Positions 54,832-64,000 of a DNA stretch of 64,000 bases are shown here, piece after piece. The notes under the pieces are model-generated. The model did no database searches and was not told where the DNA came from. It saw nothing but the letters and a program-made list of their open reading frames with translations. The stretch is taken from positions 114,837-178,836 of the forward strand of contig CAWHEP010000003.1 in NCBI GenBank assembly GCA_963828525.1, written 5' to 3'. The first letter of the stretch is position 1; each line of letters opens with the position of its first letter. Position numbers and translations under genes: made by a program. This DNA is from an uncultured Verrucomicrobiae bacterium (GTDB lineage: Bacteria; Verrucomicrobiota; Verrucomicrobiia; Chthoniobacterales; Chthoniobacteraceae).

Positions 54832-55580
54832 TGAAGCCGTTAGCGCAAAGTGGAAGCCAGGCCGCTTTCACATTAATCGAGATCATGCTCGCCTCTATAG
54901 CAGCGGCTCTGATCCTGATTGCCATTTACGGACTTTTCTCGAGCGCCGTCAAACTGCGGGACAAGGCGACTGCGCGCTCTCACGAATCGCTCCTGCGCTC
55001 GCGGGCAATGACTGTTATCCGGAACGACCTGGAGAACGCCTATATTTCGGGCGGGGTGCTCGCCTCCACTCTTGACGGGAGCAGCACAGGGTCAGGCGGC
55101 GGGGATGGTACCTACCCCGGCTACTTGAAGCTGACCACCACGACTGGGCGAGACACCGACGATGCTTCTTTTGGTGATGTCGAGCAGGTGGAATATTACG
55201 TCACCAATGAGAAGGATGATGACTCCGCCACGGGGGGAACTCTGGTTCGAAGTGTCACACGTGACCTGTTGAACGGGTCACAGGACGGAGCGCATGAGGA
55301 CAAGCTCCTCAAGGGTGTAAAATCGTTTCAGGTGTCATTCTATGATGGAGCAAGCTGGCAAGGAAGCTGGCTGGTGAGTGGCACGACCGCTTCCACCTCC
55401 GGCACAACGACTACCAGCGGAACCAACACCGAAACCCTCCCCGCCGCTGTACGGATCGACGTTCAACAGAACGCCGCGAACTCCGCGACGACAGTCCCGC
55501 CTCCAATCGAGATCCTCGTCCCGTGGACTACCGCGCCATTCCTGTCTGGAACTAACTTTGTGATCGGAGCGACGCCATGA
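54831..55580 (+). CDS. gspJ: minor pseudopilin J-like
   Basis: AFTLIEIML, IRNDL, FYDG..W, LPAAVRI. Confidence 0.8.
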   Translation: MKPLAQSGSQAAFTLIEIMLASIAAALILIAIYGLFSSAVKLRDKATARSHESLLRSRAMTVIRNDLENAYISGGVLASTLDGSSTGSGGGDGTYPGYLKLTTTTGRDTDDASFGDVEQVEYYVTNEKDDDSATGGTLVRSVTRDLLNGSQDGAHEDKLLKGVKSFQVSFYDGASWQGSWLVSGTTASTSGTTTTSGTNTETLPAAVRIDVQQNAANSATTVPPPIEILVPWTTAPFLSGTNFVIGATP

Positions 55581-56854
55581 AGAACCTTTCAGGGAATCAC
55601 TGTGGATCACAGTCGGGTTCGGTTTTCATAGTCGTTCTTGTGGTTTGCCTTGGACTTGTGAGCATGACGCTTGTCTTCGGGCACTCCATGATGATGGCCT
55701 ATCGAGGGGCGGAGACGGACATTGCCGGGAAGCAGGCTGAGAAAGCCATCGAGGGCGCTGTGCAGTACGCGGAATATCTCATCGCCTCGGGGACCGCCGG
55801 ATATCTGCCCGCGAGCACCACCTACCAGAGTGAAGCGGTGCCCGTTGGAGACGCGAGTTTTTGGTTTATCGGAGAGCCTTCTTCTTCGGATAGCGCGACG
55901 GTCCCAACTTTTGCGCTCCTCGACGAAGCTTCCAAGATCAACCTGAACACCGCGAGCGCGACGATGCTGCAGAACCTTCCAAACATGACGCCTGAGCTAG
56001 CGCAAGCGATTGTCACATGGCGCAACGCCAACGCAACTCAAAACAGCGCGTCTGCATCCAAAGGGGGCCCCTTCGAATCAGTCCAGGAAATGGCGCTGCT
56101 TACGAGCCAGGCGGGGGACGACCTATCCATCCTGGTTGGGGACGACACCAACCTCAACCATGTGCTGGACGCTTCCGAGAACCAGGGAGGCGGGCAGTTT
56201 AACCCCGGCATTTTCGAGTACGTTACTGTCTTCAGCAGAGAACCCAATACGTTGGGCGACGGGACCAAGCGAATAAACGTCACCAAGCCGTCGGCGGCGC
56301 TTAATCAGTTGCTTACCAAACTTTTCGGGAAGGAGCGTTTTGCCAAGATCTCCGCTGGCATCGGCGGCAGACAGATTCATAGCGTTCTGGAGCTCTATGT
56401 AAGGGGAGGACTCACGATGGATGAGATGGACAAGCTCACGCCGAAGGCCACGATGAGCGATGGAGCGTTCGCAAAGGGTCTGATAAATGCGAATACCGCC
56501 AGTCTGACGGTGTTGGAATGCGTGCCCGGAATCGACGCGGGCAAGGCAGCACAGATCGTTTCTGCCCGCGCCAACCAGGCGCAACCTTATACAAACCTTG
56601 CGTGGCTTGTGCCGATTCTCAGCCCCGCCGGCGCCATCCAGGCAGGGCCGTACCTGACGACTTTCAGCTACCAAGCGCGCGCGGACGTGGCTGCCGTCGG
56701 ACGGAATGGCCGGGGGTTTCGGCGGTCTTTATTTGTCATCGATTCCAGCACGGGAGCGCCAGAGGTGGTATACCGGCACAACCTCGCCTCGCTCGGCTGG
56801 GCTTTGGGACCCGACGCTCTCCAGTCGCTTGGCAAACAAAGGACTGTGCAATGA
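55577..56854 (+). CDS. gspK: minor pseudopilin K-like
   Basis: GSVFIVVL, DEASKINLN, INANTAS, helix-hairpin-helix segments. Confidence 0.85.
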   Translation: MKNLSGNHCGSQSGSVFIVVLVVCLGLVSMTLVFGHSMMMAYRGAETDIAGKQAEKAIEGAVQYAEYLIASGTAGYLPASTTYQSEAVPVGDASFWFIGEPSSSDSATVPTFALLDEASKINLNTASATMLQNLPNMTPELAQAIVTWRNANATQNSASASKGGPFESVQEMALLTSQAGDDLSILVGDDTNLNHVLDASENQGGGQFNPGIFEYVTVFSREPNTLGDGTKRINVTKPSAALNQLLTKLFGKERFAKISAGIGGRQIHSVLELYVRGGLTMDEMDKLTPKATMSDGAFAKGLINANTASLTVLECVPGIDAGKAAQIVSARANQAQPYTNLAWLVPILSPAGAIQAGPYLTTFSYQARADVAAVGRNGRGFRRSLFVIDSSTGAPEVVYRHNLASLGWALGPDALQSLGKQRTVQ

Positions 56855-58254
56855 AACTGGACGCGGGCAAACTCAAGGCAAGGCTGCAGCCGCAATCCGC
56901 TTTGGCCATCACGCTGGAATCCGATCGGATGCGCGTACGGCTTGTTCGCAAGGGCGGGGAGCGCGATGCGTCCACCCCTTCACTGGACGTTGGAGTTGGG
57001 TCGGAAGATGTGTCGCGAAGCCCTGAGAAGGCTGGTCAGACGCTCCTTGCGGCGCTGATCGACGCCGGAGTGAAAGAACGCCGGTGCGTAATTTCCATTC
57101 CGGTGGGATGGGCCCTTACGACTTCAGCAGACTTGCCACGGGTCGGCACAGACGATCTCAGAAGTTACCTGGAACTACAGGCAGAGCGGGAGTTCTCCAT
57201 TCCGGCCTCGGATCTGAGACTTGGTTACTACACTTACTCGCTTCCAGATTCCAGGCAGCGGGTTCTGCTGGCGGCGGTTCAGGCGAAAAGGTTGCAGGCG
57301 GTCGAGAAGATGATGGAATCCTGCGGTCGCAAGATTGTCTCGATCTCGCTGGCCCTCGATCAGTGTCTGGCGCTGAACAAACCCATGCTCCATTTCCTCG
57401 CGAACGGGAATCACGTGGACGTGGTAGTCACGGCTGGCGGGGGAGTAGCCGCGCTGCGGTCACTGCCCGTGGCGGGAGCTTCTGACGAGCCGGGTTTTGA
57501 TTCGCATAATTTTTGCCGTGAGATTCGCATCACTCTGGGCCGCTTGCCAGAAGAGGTGCGAAAACAGGTGACGGAAGCGCGATTTTCCGGGCCGCCCGCC
57601 TCGGCGAGAGCGCTTTGCGCGGGAACGCGGGGGCCGCTCGAAATGCTGGGCCTGATAGTGCCGGAACCCGGCACTCTGGACAAAGAGCAATCCGCGGGCG
57701 CAGCGGAAGGCTCCGCCCTGCTCTACCTTTCGGGTCAGCCCGCCCCGTTCGAGTTCGTGATTCGGGAACCGAATCGTTTTCAGGCAGTCTTCGAGCGATT
57801 CGACAGCAAGCGGCGGCGCTGGATCATTGCTGGCGCGGTGGGACTGTTCCTCCTCCCGTTGCTGATTCTCCTCATTCGTTCTCACTACGAAAGCAGCCTG
57901 CAGGCGGAATGGGACGGGATGAAGGGGAACGTCGCCGAGGTGGACGGGCTTCAGCAAAAAATCAGGCTGTTCCGTCCGTGGTTTGAGTCCGCGCCACAGA
58001 GCCTGCGGGTGATAGAAAGCTTGATTGCCGCTTTCCCGGAAAGAGGGGATGTGTGGGCAAAAAGCATCCAGATTGGCGACGGCTACAAGGTCTCCTGTTC
58101 CGGCTTCGCCCGAAATCAGGTGGCTTGGCTGGGATTTCTCGACCACCTCCGAGCGCGACCCGATGTAACCGGGCTGGAGGTGCAACAATTGCGCGGGGAT
58201 ACAAATCTTCAGTTTTCCATCACCTATAAGTGGGCACAAAAGCATGAAGGCTGA
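56851..58254 (+). CDS. GspL/PilM-PilN-like protein
   Basis: Cytoplasmic domain, single TM, coiled coil and periplasmic domain; position after gspK. Confidence 0.7.
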   Translation: MKLDAGKLKARLQPQSALAITLESDRMRVRLVRKGGERDASTPSLDVGVGSEDVSRSPEKAGQTLLAALIDAGVKERRCVISIPVGWALTTSADLPRVGTDDLRSYLELQAEREFSIPASDLRLGYYTYSLPDSRQRVLLAAVQAKRLQAVEKMMESCGRKIVSISLALDQCLALNKPMLHFLANGNHVDVVVTAGGGVAALRSLPVAGASDEPGFDSHNFCREIRITLGRLPEEVRKQVTEARFSGPPASARALCAGTRGPLEMLGLIVPEPGTLDKEQSAGAAEGSALLYLSGQPAPFEFVIREPNRFQAVFERFDSKRRRWIIAGAVGLFLLPLLILLIRSHYESSLQAEWDGMKGNVAEVDGLQQKIRLFRPWFESAPQSLRVIESLIAAFPERGDVWAKSIQIGDGYKVSCSGFARNQVAWLGFLDHLRARPDVTGLEVQQLRGDTNLQFSITYKWAQKHEG

Positions 58255-58786
58255 GCAGAGGCTGAATCTCCTGAAACTTGCCGCCATTGGTGGAGTGGGA
58301 CTCATCCTGCTCGACCGGATGGTCATCACTCCCGCGATCGCGAGCTGGCATGAGCAAGGCGACCGCATCACTGAGCTGCAGGCAAAAGTGCAGCATGGAG
58401 AGCAGTTACTGCGGCGACAGGACGCGATACGGCAGCGATGGTCCGAGATGGTGGCGGCTAATCTGCCAAACGATCTTTCCGCCGCCGAGAACCAAGTTTT
58501 CAAAGCGGTGGGCCGCTGGGCGCGCGACAGCCAGATAAATTTTACGAGCTTAACGCCGCAATGGCAGACACATGATGAGGGCTACGAGACACTCGAATGC
58601 CGCGCGGCCGCGACAGGCAACCAGGCTTCCATCGGACGGTTTATTTACGAGATGGAGGCCGACCATATGCCCGTGAACCTCGAGGAGTGCGAACTTGCCA
58701 CGAGGGACGCCCATGGCGCTTTGGTGAACCTGACTGCGCGCTTCAGCTTCCTCCGGTTGAAAGACGCGCATGGAGGTCCGCAATGA
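58244..58786 (+). CDS. GspM/PilO-like protein
   Basis: N-terminal TM, coiled coil, G....IGRFIYEME. Confidence 0.7.
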   Translation: MKAEQRLNLLKLAAIGGVGLILLDRMVITPAIASWHEQGDRITELQAKVQHGEQLLRRQDAIRQRWSEMVAANLPNDLSAAENQVFKAVGRWARDSQINFTSLTPQWQTHDEGYETLECRAAATGNQASIGRFIYEMEADHMPVNLEECELATRDAHGALVNLTARFSFLRLKDAHGGPQ

Positions 58787-59361
58787 AGTTTGTTCGCGCC
58801 ACTGGTTTGAGCGCCGCTTTCAGCGTGGCTGCGCTGGCCCTATCGCTCGGAGCGCCCCGACCCGCGCCGGCGCAATTGAAAGGGTTCGCCTCCTTCCCTC
58901 TTGTTCGCGCGCGAAACATCTTCGATCCGGACCGCCAGCCCATGGTAATGGACGCTCCCCCGCCGTCGCGGACACAGGCGCCCAGGCAAAACGACTTTTT
59001 TGCGCTCACAGGAACACTGGTGACCGCTGACAAGGCTCTGGCTTTTTTTGCTGGCTCGCGCCCCGAATTTGGCAAGGTCCTATCGACCCGCGACACCATC
59101 GCGGGCGCAACCGTTGATCGCATTACGCCCTCTCACGTCGAGGTTAATCGGGGGGGGAAGCGTATCTCCGTGGCAGTGGGTCAGCAACTGCTGCTGGACG
59201 GCACAGCGCCGACGGCGTACGTGCCGAGCGCGGAGGTCACAACTGATTCCCAAAGCGCGCCCGTGACCGGCGGAGCGCCTGCAACGAATCCCGGCTCCAT
59301 GCCCAGCAATGACATCCTGCGGCGAATGATGGAGCGACGCCAGAAAGAAACATCCCGATGA
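58783..59361 (+). CDS. GspC-like protein
   Basis: N-terminal hydrophobic segment, RNIFDP, LTGTLV; position before the secretin. Confidence 0.6.
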   Translation: MKFVRATGLSAAFSVAALALSLGAPRPAPAQLKGFASFPLVRARNIFDPDRQPMVMDAPPPSRTQAPRQNDFFALTGTLVTADKALAFFAGSRPEFGKVLSTRDTIAGATVDRITPSHVEVNRGGKRISVAVGQQLLLDGTAPTAYVPSAEVTTDSQSAPVTGGAPATNPGSMPSNDILRRMMERRQKETSR

Positions 59362-60851
59362 AATCCCACCCACTACTCGCCAGTCTGCTGCTATCGCCCT
59401 GCCTTTGCTGCGCGCAGTACCAATGCTCCCCTGCCCGCTCGACAGCCCGTGCCAGACGCCTCTCCAGGGCTCGTAGCTGATAAAGTCGAGACCCCGGCAA
59501 AAGACGGCATTCGCTTGAACTTCCAGGGCGCGGCGCTCTCGGATGTATTGAATTACCTGAGCGAGGCGGCGGGCTTCGTGATAGTGCAGGACACCCCTGT
59601 CACGGGAACCGTCAACGTTGTAAGCAAACAGCCTTTGAACACGGAGGAAGCCGTGGATCTCCTGAACGCGGTTCTCGGTGAGAAAGGATATACCGCCATC
59701 CGTAACGGGCGCATCTTGAAGATCGTCAGCCGCAAAGATGCTCAGACGAAAGATATACCCGTGGTGACGGGAAGTGATCCTTCTTTGATCCCGCGGAAGG
59801 ACGAAATGGTGACGCAGATATTGCCAGTGCGGTTCGTTGAGGCGGCAAAGCTCGTGGATAACCTCCGTCCGCTGCTGGATCCAAACTCGACGATCACGGC
59901 TAATGAAAGCAGCAACGCGATCCTCCTGACAGATACGCAGACAAACGTCAGGAGAATCGCCGAGATCATTCGCGCCTTGGATACTTCCATTTCCAGCATT
60001 TCAACCATTCACGTTTATCAGTTGCGCTACGCGGACTCGAAGGATCTCGCGAAGGTGATAACTGACCTTTTTTCTTCGGAACAGCCGAAGCAGGACAACC
60101 AACCGGGTGGCTTCCCGGGCTTCGGAGGCTTCCGGCGGATGTTTGGCGGCGGAGGAGGGAATGCGACACCGCCCCCGAGTCCCGCGCGGCAGGCGGCGTC
60201 CCGGGTGGTGGCGGTTGCTGACGAGCAGAGCAATTCCGTCATCGTGAGCGCGCCCGACGAGATCATGGCTACGATCTCGGAGATCGTTAGCCGGGTTGAT
60301 ACAAACATCAGCGATGCGACGGAGACTCGCATATTCAGGCTCTTGCATGCGGATGCGGTGGAGTTGGCTACGATTCTCACGGGTCTATATGGCGATGACA
60401 GCAGTTCCTCGCAATCCGGCAACCGCAACAACGGCAACCAGAATAATCAGCAGCGACCGCCGTGGATGCAGCCACCGCCGCGTTCCAGCGATGGAGCGAG
60501 CCAGCGCTCCCTGCTCCAGGCGCGCGTGGTGACCGTGCCCGACGCGAGGACGAATTCTGTCATTGTCAGTTGCTCGCGGGATACCATGGAACAGATCGCG
60601 TTGACGGTTGGGCGGCTGGACAGCAGCGACTCCAAGAAGCAGCACATCTATGTGCATACCCTGGAACACGCCGACCCGGAGAATGTGGCGGCCATCCTCC
60701 GGGGAATGTTCAGCGTGGATTCAAATTCCAACATGAACCAACCCTCAACCAGCCGTCTGACGGATCGGACTGCGAACGGGGCGTCATCCGGGCGTCACTG
60801 ACACTCTAAACACAAACAGCAAGTCCTCGCGTCGGCGGCTCCGGAAGATGA
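59358..60851 (+). CDS. secretin N-terminal-domain protein (N0 + NolW-like repeats); frameshift near 59420, 3' end uncertain
   Basis: IRLNFQGA N0 domain; three NolW-type repeats (SNAILL, SNSVIV, TNSVIV); no secretin core. Confidence 0.8.
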
Positions 60852-62233
60852 CATCCATGCACAAATTACCTTTCTCCTTTTTGGCAGTGGCGATCGCGCT
60901 TCTCTCCTGCACGCCGCAAGCTCTCGGCGCAATCGAACATTCGTCCCAGCTGCGCGGCGGGAGGGCGTTCCAGCAGCAGCAGCACGGCGGCAGAACTTCC
61001 TCCTCCTCACAGAGTTCGAGCTTCGGATCCACCACGCGCCAGTATCGTAACAACACGATGTTAGGCGATGCGCTTGTGCAGATCGATCCCGAGACTCGCT
61101 CGCTCATCATCGTGGCCGATCAGGAGACGCATGACGAAATTGAGAAGGTCATCAACGAATCTTGATCGTCCAAAGCCTCAGGTGCCTGATCAAGGTTCTT
61201 TTCGCGCAAGTCACCTTGGACAAGAACCTCGACCTGGGTGTTGAAGGTTCCTATAATTTCAACGTCGGGCAACTGCCCCTGCAGCAGCTGCTCTCGGTTC
61301 GAACGGCCTGATTCAGTCAATAACCAGCAACACCACGACGACCACTCCTCAGGGCGGAACAACAACAACCTCCACGAGCACAAACAATCCACTTACAACA
61401 TCCCCGCTGGTGTCCGGAACAGGAACTGCTCAGAGCATTTTCGGTTTGGCAAACAAGACAACCGGCGCATTTTTCCGATTAAACACCAACGCCGCAACGG
61501 CAACCCTCTACGCTATCCCAAAAAGGAAATGTCACCGTGCTATCGCGGCCCTCGATCCTCGCCAGAAACAACCAGGAGGCCGTCATGGTCGTAGGACAGG
61601 AAGTTCCGTTCATCACTAATAGTCAGATCACGAATAACGGCCAAACGATCAACACCATTCAATATCAGGATGTTGGAATAATCCTGCGGGTCACTCCTTT
61701 ATTTCGACCAACAGGACCGTGGAAATGATCGTGTCTCCGGAGATTTCAGCCCTCTCGGATCAGACCGTGCCCGTTTCTCCTACCGTCAACGCCCCGGTCA
61801 TCAATAAGACTTCGGCGGAAACGGTCGTCGTTACGCCCGATGCGACGACTGTCGTCATAGGGGGCATGATGCAAAAGCAGAAGACGTCCACTGTGGCGAA
61901 AGTTCCTCTTCTCGGGGATATCCCGTTATCGGCTTCGCCTTCAGGCACACGGTGAAGGCAGATATTAAGACAGAACTGTTGATCTTCCTGACTCCTTACA
62001 TTGTGGAAGGGACGGATAACCTGAAAGAACTTACCGTCAACGAAACTAACCGGACGGACCTTCCGGAGAAGGCGTTTTCCTCCCAGGACGTGAAAGGCTA
62101 TCTCGATACCCTCCAAATCAGGCCGGACATCCAGAGGTTAAATCCTCCGAACCCAGAGAAATCCGTCGCGCTTCACCGGCCCCGCGAAAGCGGGCCCGCT
62201 GCTCGACGACGACACACAATTTTAGAGTCCTGA
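60848..62233 (+). CDS. gspD: secretin core protein with own N-terminal signal-like peptide; several frameshifts
   Basis: DPETRSLII, DRPKPQVLI, LSRPSILARNNQEA..VGQEVP, YQDVGIILRVTP, IGGMM, KVPLLGDIP, KTELLIFLTP. Confidence 0.8.
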
Positions 62234-62243
62234 ACACTCCGTG

Positions 62244-62668
62244 ATGAGCTGGTTCACCTGGTCGCTCTTGTCCGCGCTGTTTGCTGGAATAACGGCGGTG
62301 CTTGCAAAGGTTGGCGTGGCGGGAGTCAACTCGAACCTTGCGACAGCGATCCGCACCAGCGTGATCTTGCTATTTGCCTGGGCGTGTCGCCTCTTTCTCT
62401 CCGCCCGTTTAATTTCGCGTCCAGATCCGCCGCGCACCTGGACCTTCTTATGTCTGTCAGGGCTGGGAACAGGGCTTTCGTGGATTTGCTACTTCCGCGC
62501 GCTACAATTGGGCCAGGCGTCCCGTGTGGCTCCCGTGGACAAGCTGAGCGTCGTTTTCGCGATCATACTGGCCGCTGTATTTTTCGTGAGGGCATAGCTG
62601 GCACCATTGGCTTGGCGGTGGGCTTTATAGTAGCGGGGGCGATGCTCCTCGCGTGGCAAACCGCCTAA
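62244..62668 (+). CDS. EamA-family small membrane transporter (frameshifted)
   Basis: LAKVGVAGVNSNLATAIRT, YFRALQLG.ASRVAPVDKLS. Confidence 0.85.
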
Positions 62669-62725
62669 AAGCGGCATGTGAGCAGTATTTCGTTTGGCTG
62701 AAGGCCGGAGGGGGTAGGTTAAGGA

Positions 62726-63374
62726 GTGACGAGTGCGCATACTCCCGAGTCTTGATTGCCGACGATCATGATCTCTCCCGCCAGGTGCTTGAACGCAATC
62801 TTTCGGGATGGGGCTATGAAGTCGTAAGTGTGGAGGACGGGCAGCAGGCACTAGATGTTCTTGAGTCCGCCAGCGCCGCCTTCTCTGGCCATTCTGGATT
62901 GGAAGATGCCCCATTATAACGGCATCGAAGTGTGCCGCCGGGTCAGGCAGCATCTTGACCGGCCTTACACTTACCTCATCCTCCTGACCTCGCTGAGCGA
63001 GAAGGAGCATATCTCAACGGGTCTCGAGGCAGGAGCGGACGAGTACGTCATAAAGCCCTTCAGTCCGAGAGAGTTACGAGCGCGCTTGGCGGTCGGACAG
63101 CGGCGTCATACAGCTGGAGAGAACGCTGGCAAACCAGATCGCCGAGCTCGAGAGAACATTGTCCGACGTGCAGAAGCTAAGAACTCTCTTGCCCATTTGC
63201 ATGTTCTGCAAACGAATCCGTGATGACTCAGATTATTGGCAGCAGATCGAGGAATATATCCACCGCAATACTGGGACAGACTTTTCCCATGGCATCTGTC
63301 CGACGTGCATGGCTGAACAGTTGGCGATGATTCCAGGTCCCGAAACCGCCGGGGAGCCCCCGTCGGGATTGTAG
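62726..63374 (+). CDS. response regulator with Cys-rich C-terminal module (two frameshifts; start uncertain)
   Basis: LIADD, ILDWKMP, GADEYVIKPF, LPICMFCKRIRDD..FSHGICPTC. Confidence 0.8.
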
Positions 63375-63392
63375 AGAAGGCTTGCGTTCTTC

Positions 63393-64000
63393 CTAAGGAA
63401 GTCGGAGGTCGTATGTGAGCAAATTTGCCTGCAACTTCTTGCACGGCGCGGCCGAACCAGGCGCCTCCTTCACCGCCACCCCTTTGAAACGGCGCTGATT
63501 CTCCATCAGCGAGAAGACCTGCCTGGCATTGCCTTTCAAAATCGTGATTCGCAGTGGCATATGAGGTGGGATACCAGGATGGAGCGAAGGGTTTAGGGCG
63601 GTGCGGCGATAGCGCAAGCCCGCGCCGTACTGCCCATCGGGGAAGCTGTGCAGCTTGATCTCCCTCCCCTCGGCAAACACTCTGTATTCGTCGGTGAAGC
63701 TGCGGCTCGCGAGCAACTCGAGCCGCTCGATGGAAGTATCCACAAACCGGCTCGTACTGCCGCCTTCCAAGGGAGTTTCGCAAAGGAGTGGCCAGCCCTC
63801 CAGCGCTTTCCTGATGGTAAAACGGGCCTCTCCCTTTGCGAAGGAAAGCATCTGGGGGAACCGCCAGGCCCATATCTCTTCCAAAATGTCCCCGCCAAAG
63901 AGAAAACCGGATTTTCGAACGTCGCGCAGGACCTTCCGAAGGTCGTGCATCAGAAGTGTCGGCAGAAAATAATAATCGTGCAGCCGCTCCTTATGGTTCA
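63393..64000 (-). CDS. DUF2126-like (transglutaminase-associated) protein, C-terminal part
   Basis: WRFP, RKALEGWP, RFVDTSIERLE, RYRRTALNPSLHPGI; runs off the window end. Confidence 0.7.
   Translation of the reverse strand, partial: NHKERLHDYYFLPTLLMHDLRKVLRDVRKSGFLFGGDILEEIWAWRFPQMLSFAKGEARFTIRKALEGWPLLCETPLEGGSTSRFVDTSIERLELLASRSFTDEYRVFAEGREIKLHSFPDGQYGAGLRYRRTALNPSLHPGIPPHMPLRITILKGNARQVFSLMENQRRFKGVAVKEAPGSAAPCKKLQANLLTYDLRLP

Overview
GC-rich bacterial chromosomal segment, probably Verrucomicrobiota (inferred from gene style, not from a marker gene). Many single-base frameshifts fall in short homopolymers inside housekeeping genes, so the assembly looks error-prone. Contents in order: a Gld-type ABC transporter operon, a D-2-hydroxyacid dehydrogenase and a TatD-like hydrolase. 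Next come a RAYT transposase remnant and an ~8.2 kb minus-strand array of five 5'-truncated Rhs modules (7.3-15.4 kb). Four modules carry distinct C-terminal toxin tips, each followed by a candidate immunity gene, and three are preceded by a diverged ~130-320 bp linker element. Then gltA-gltB-gltD, a hisI-trpE-trpG operon behind a candidate His/Trp leader-peptide attenuator (MTLHWRLC), a CLC-F fluoride exporter, a GH92 mannosidase, ilvB and two convergent tRNAs. After these are larC, hisA/H/B, a large TerB/FHA-like ABC protein, ftsH and gap-pgk-tpiA. An OmpR-type two-component system is divergent from a type II secretion cluster whose secretin appears split into two separately exported proteins. 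The window ends with an EamA protein, a response regulator and a partial DUF2126-type gene. Best leads: the attenuator, the orphan Rhs array with its linker, the caspase-like and beta-rich toxin tips, and the split secretin.
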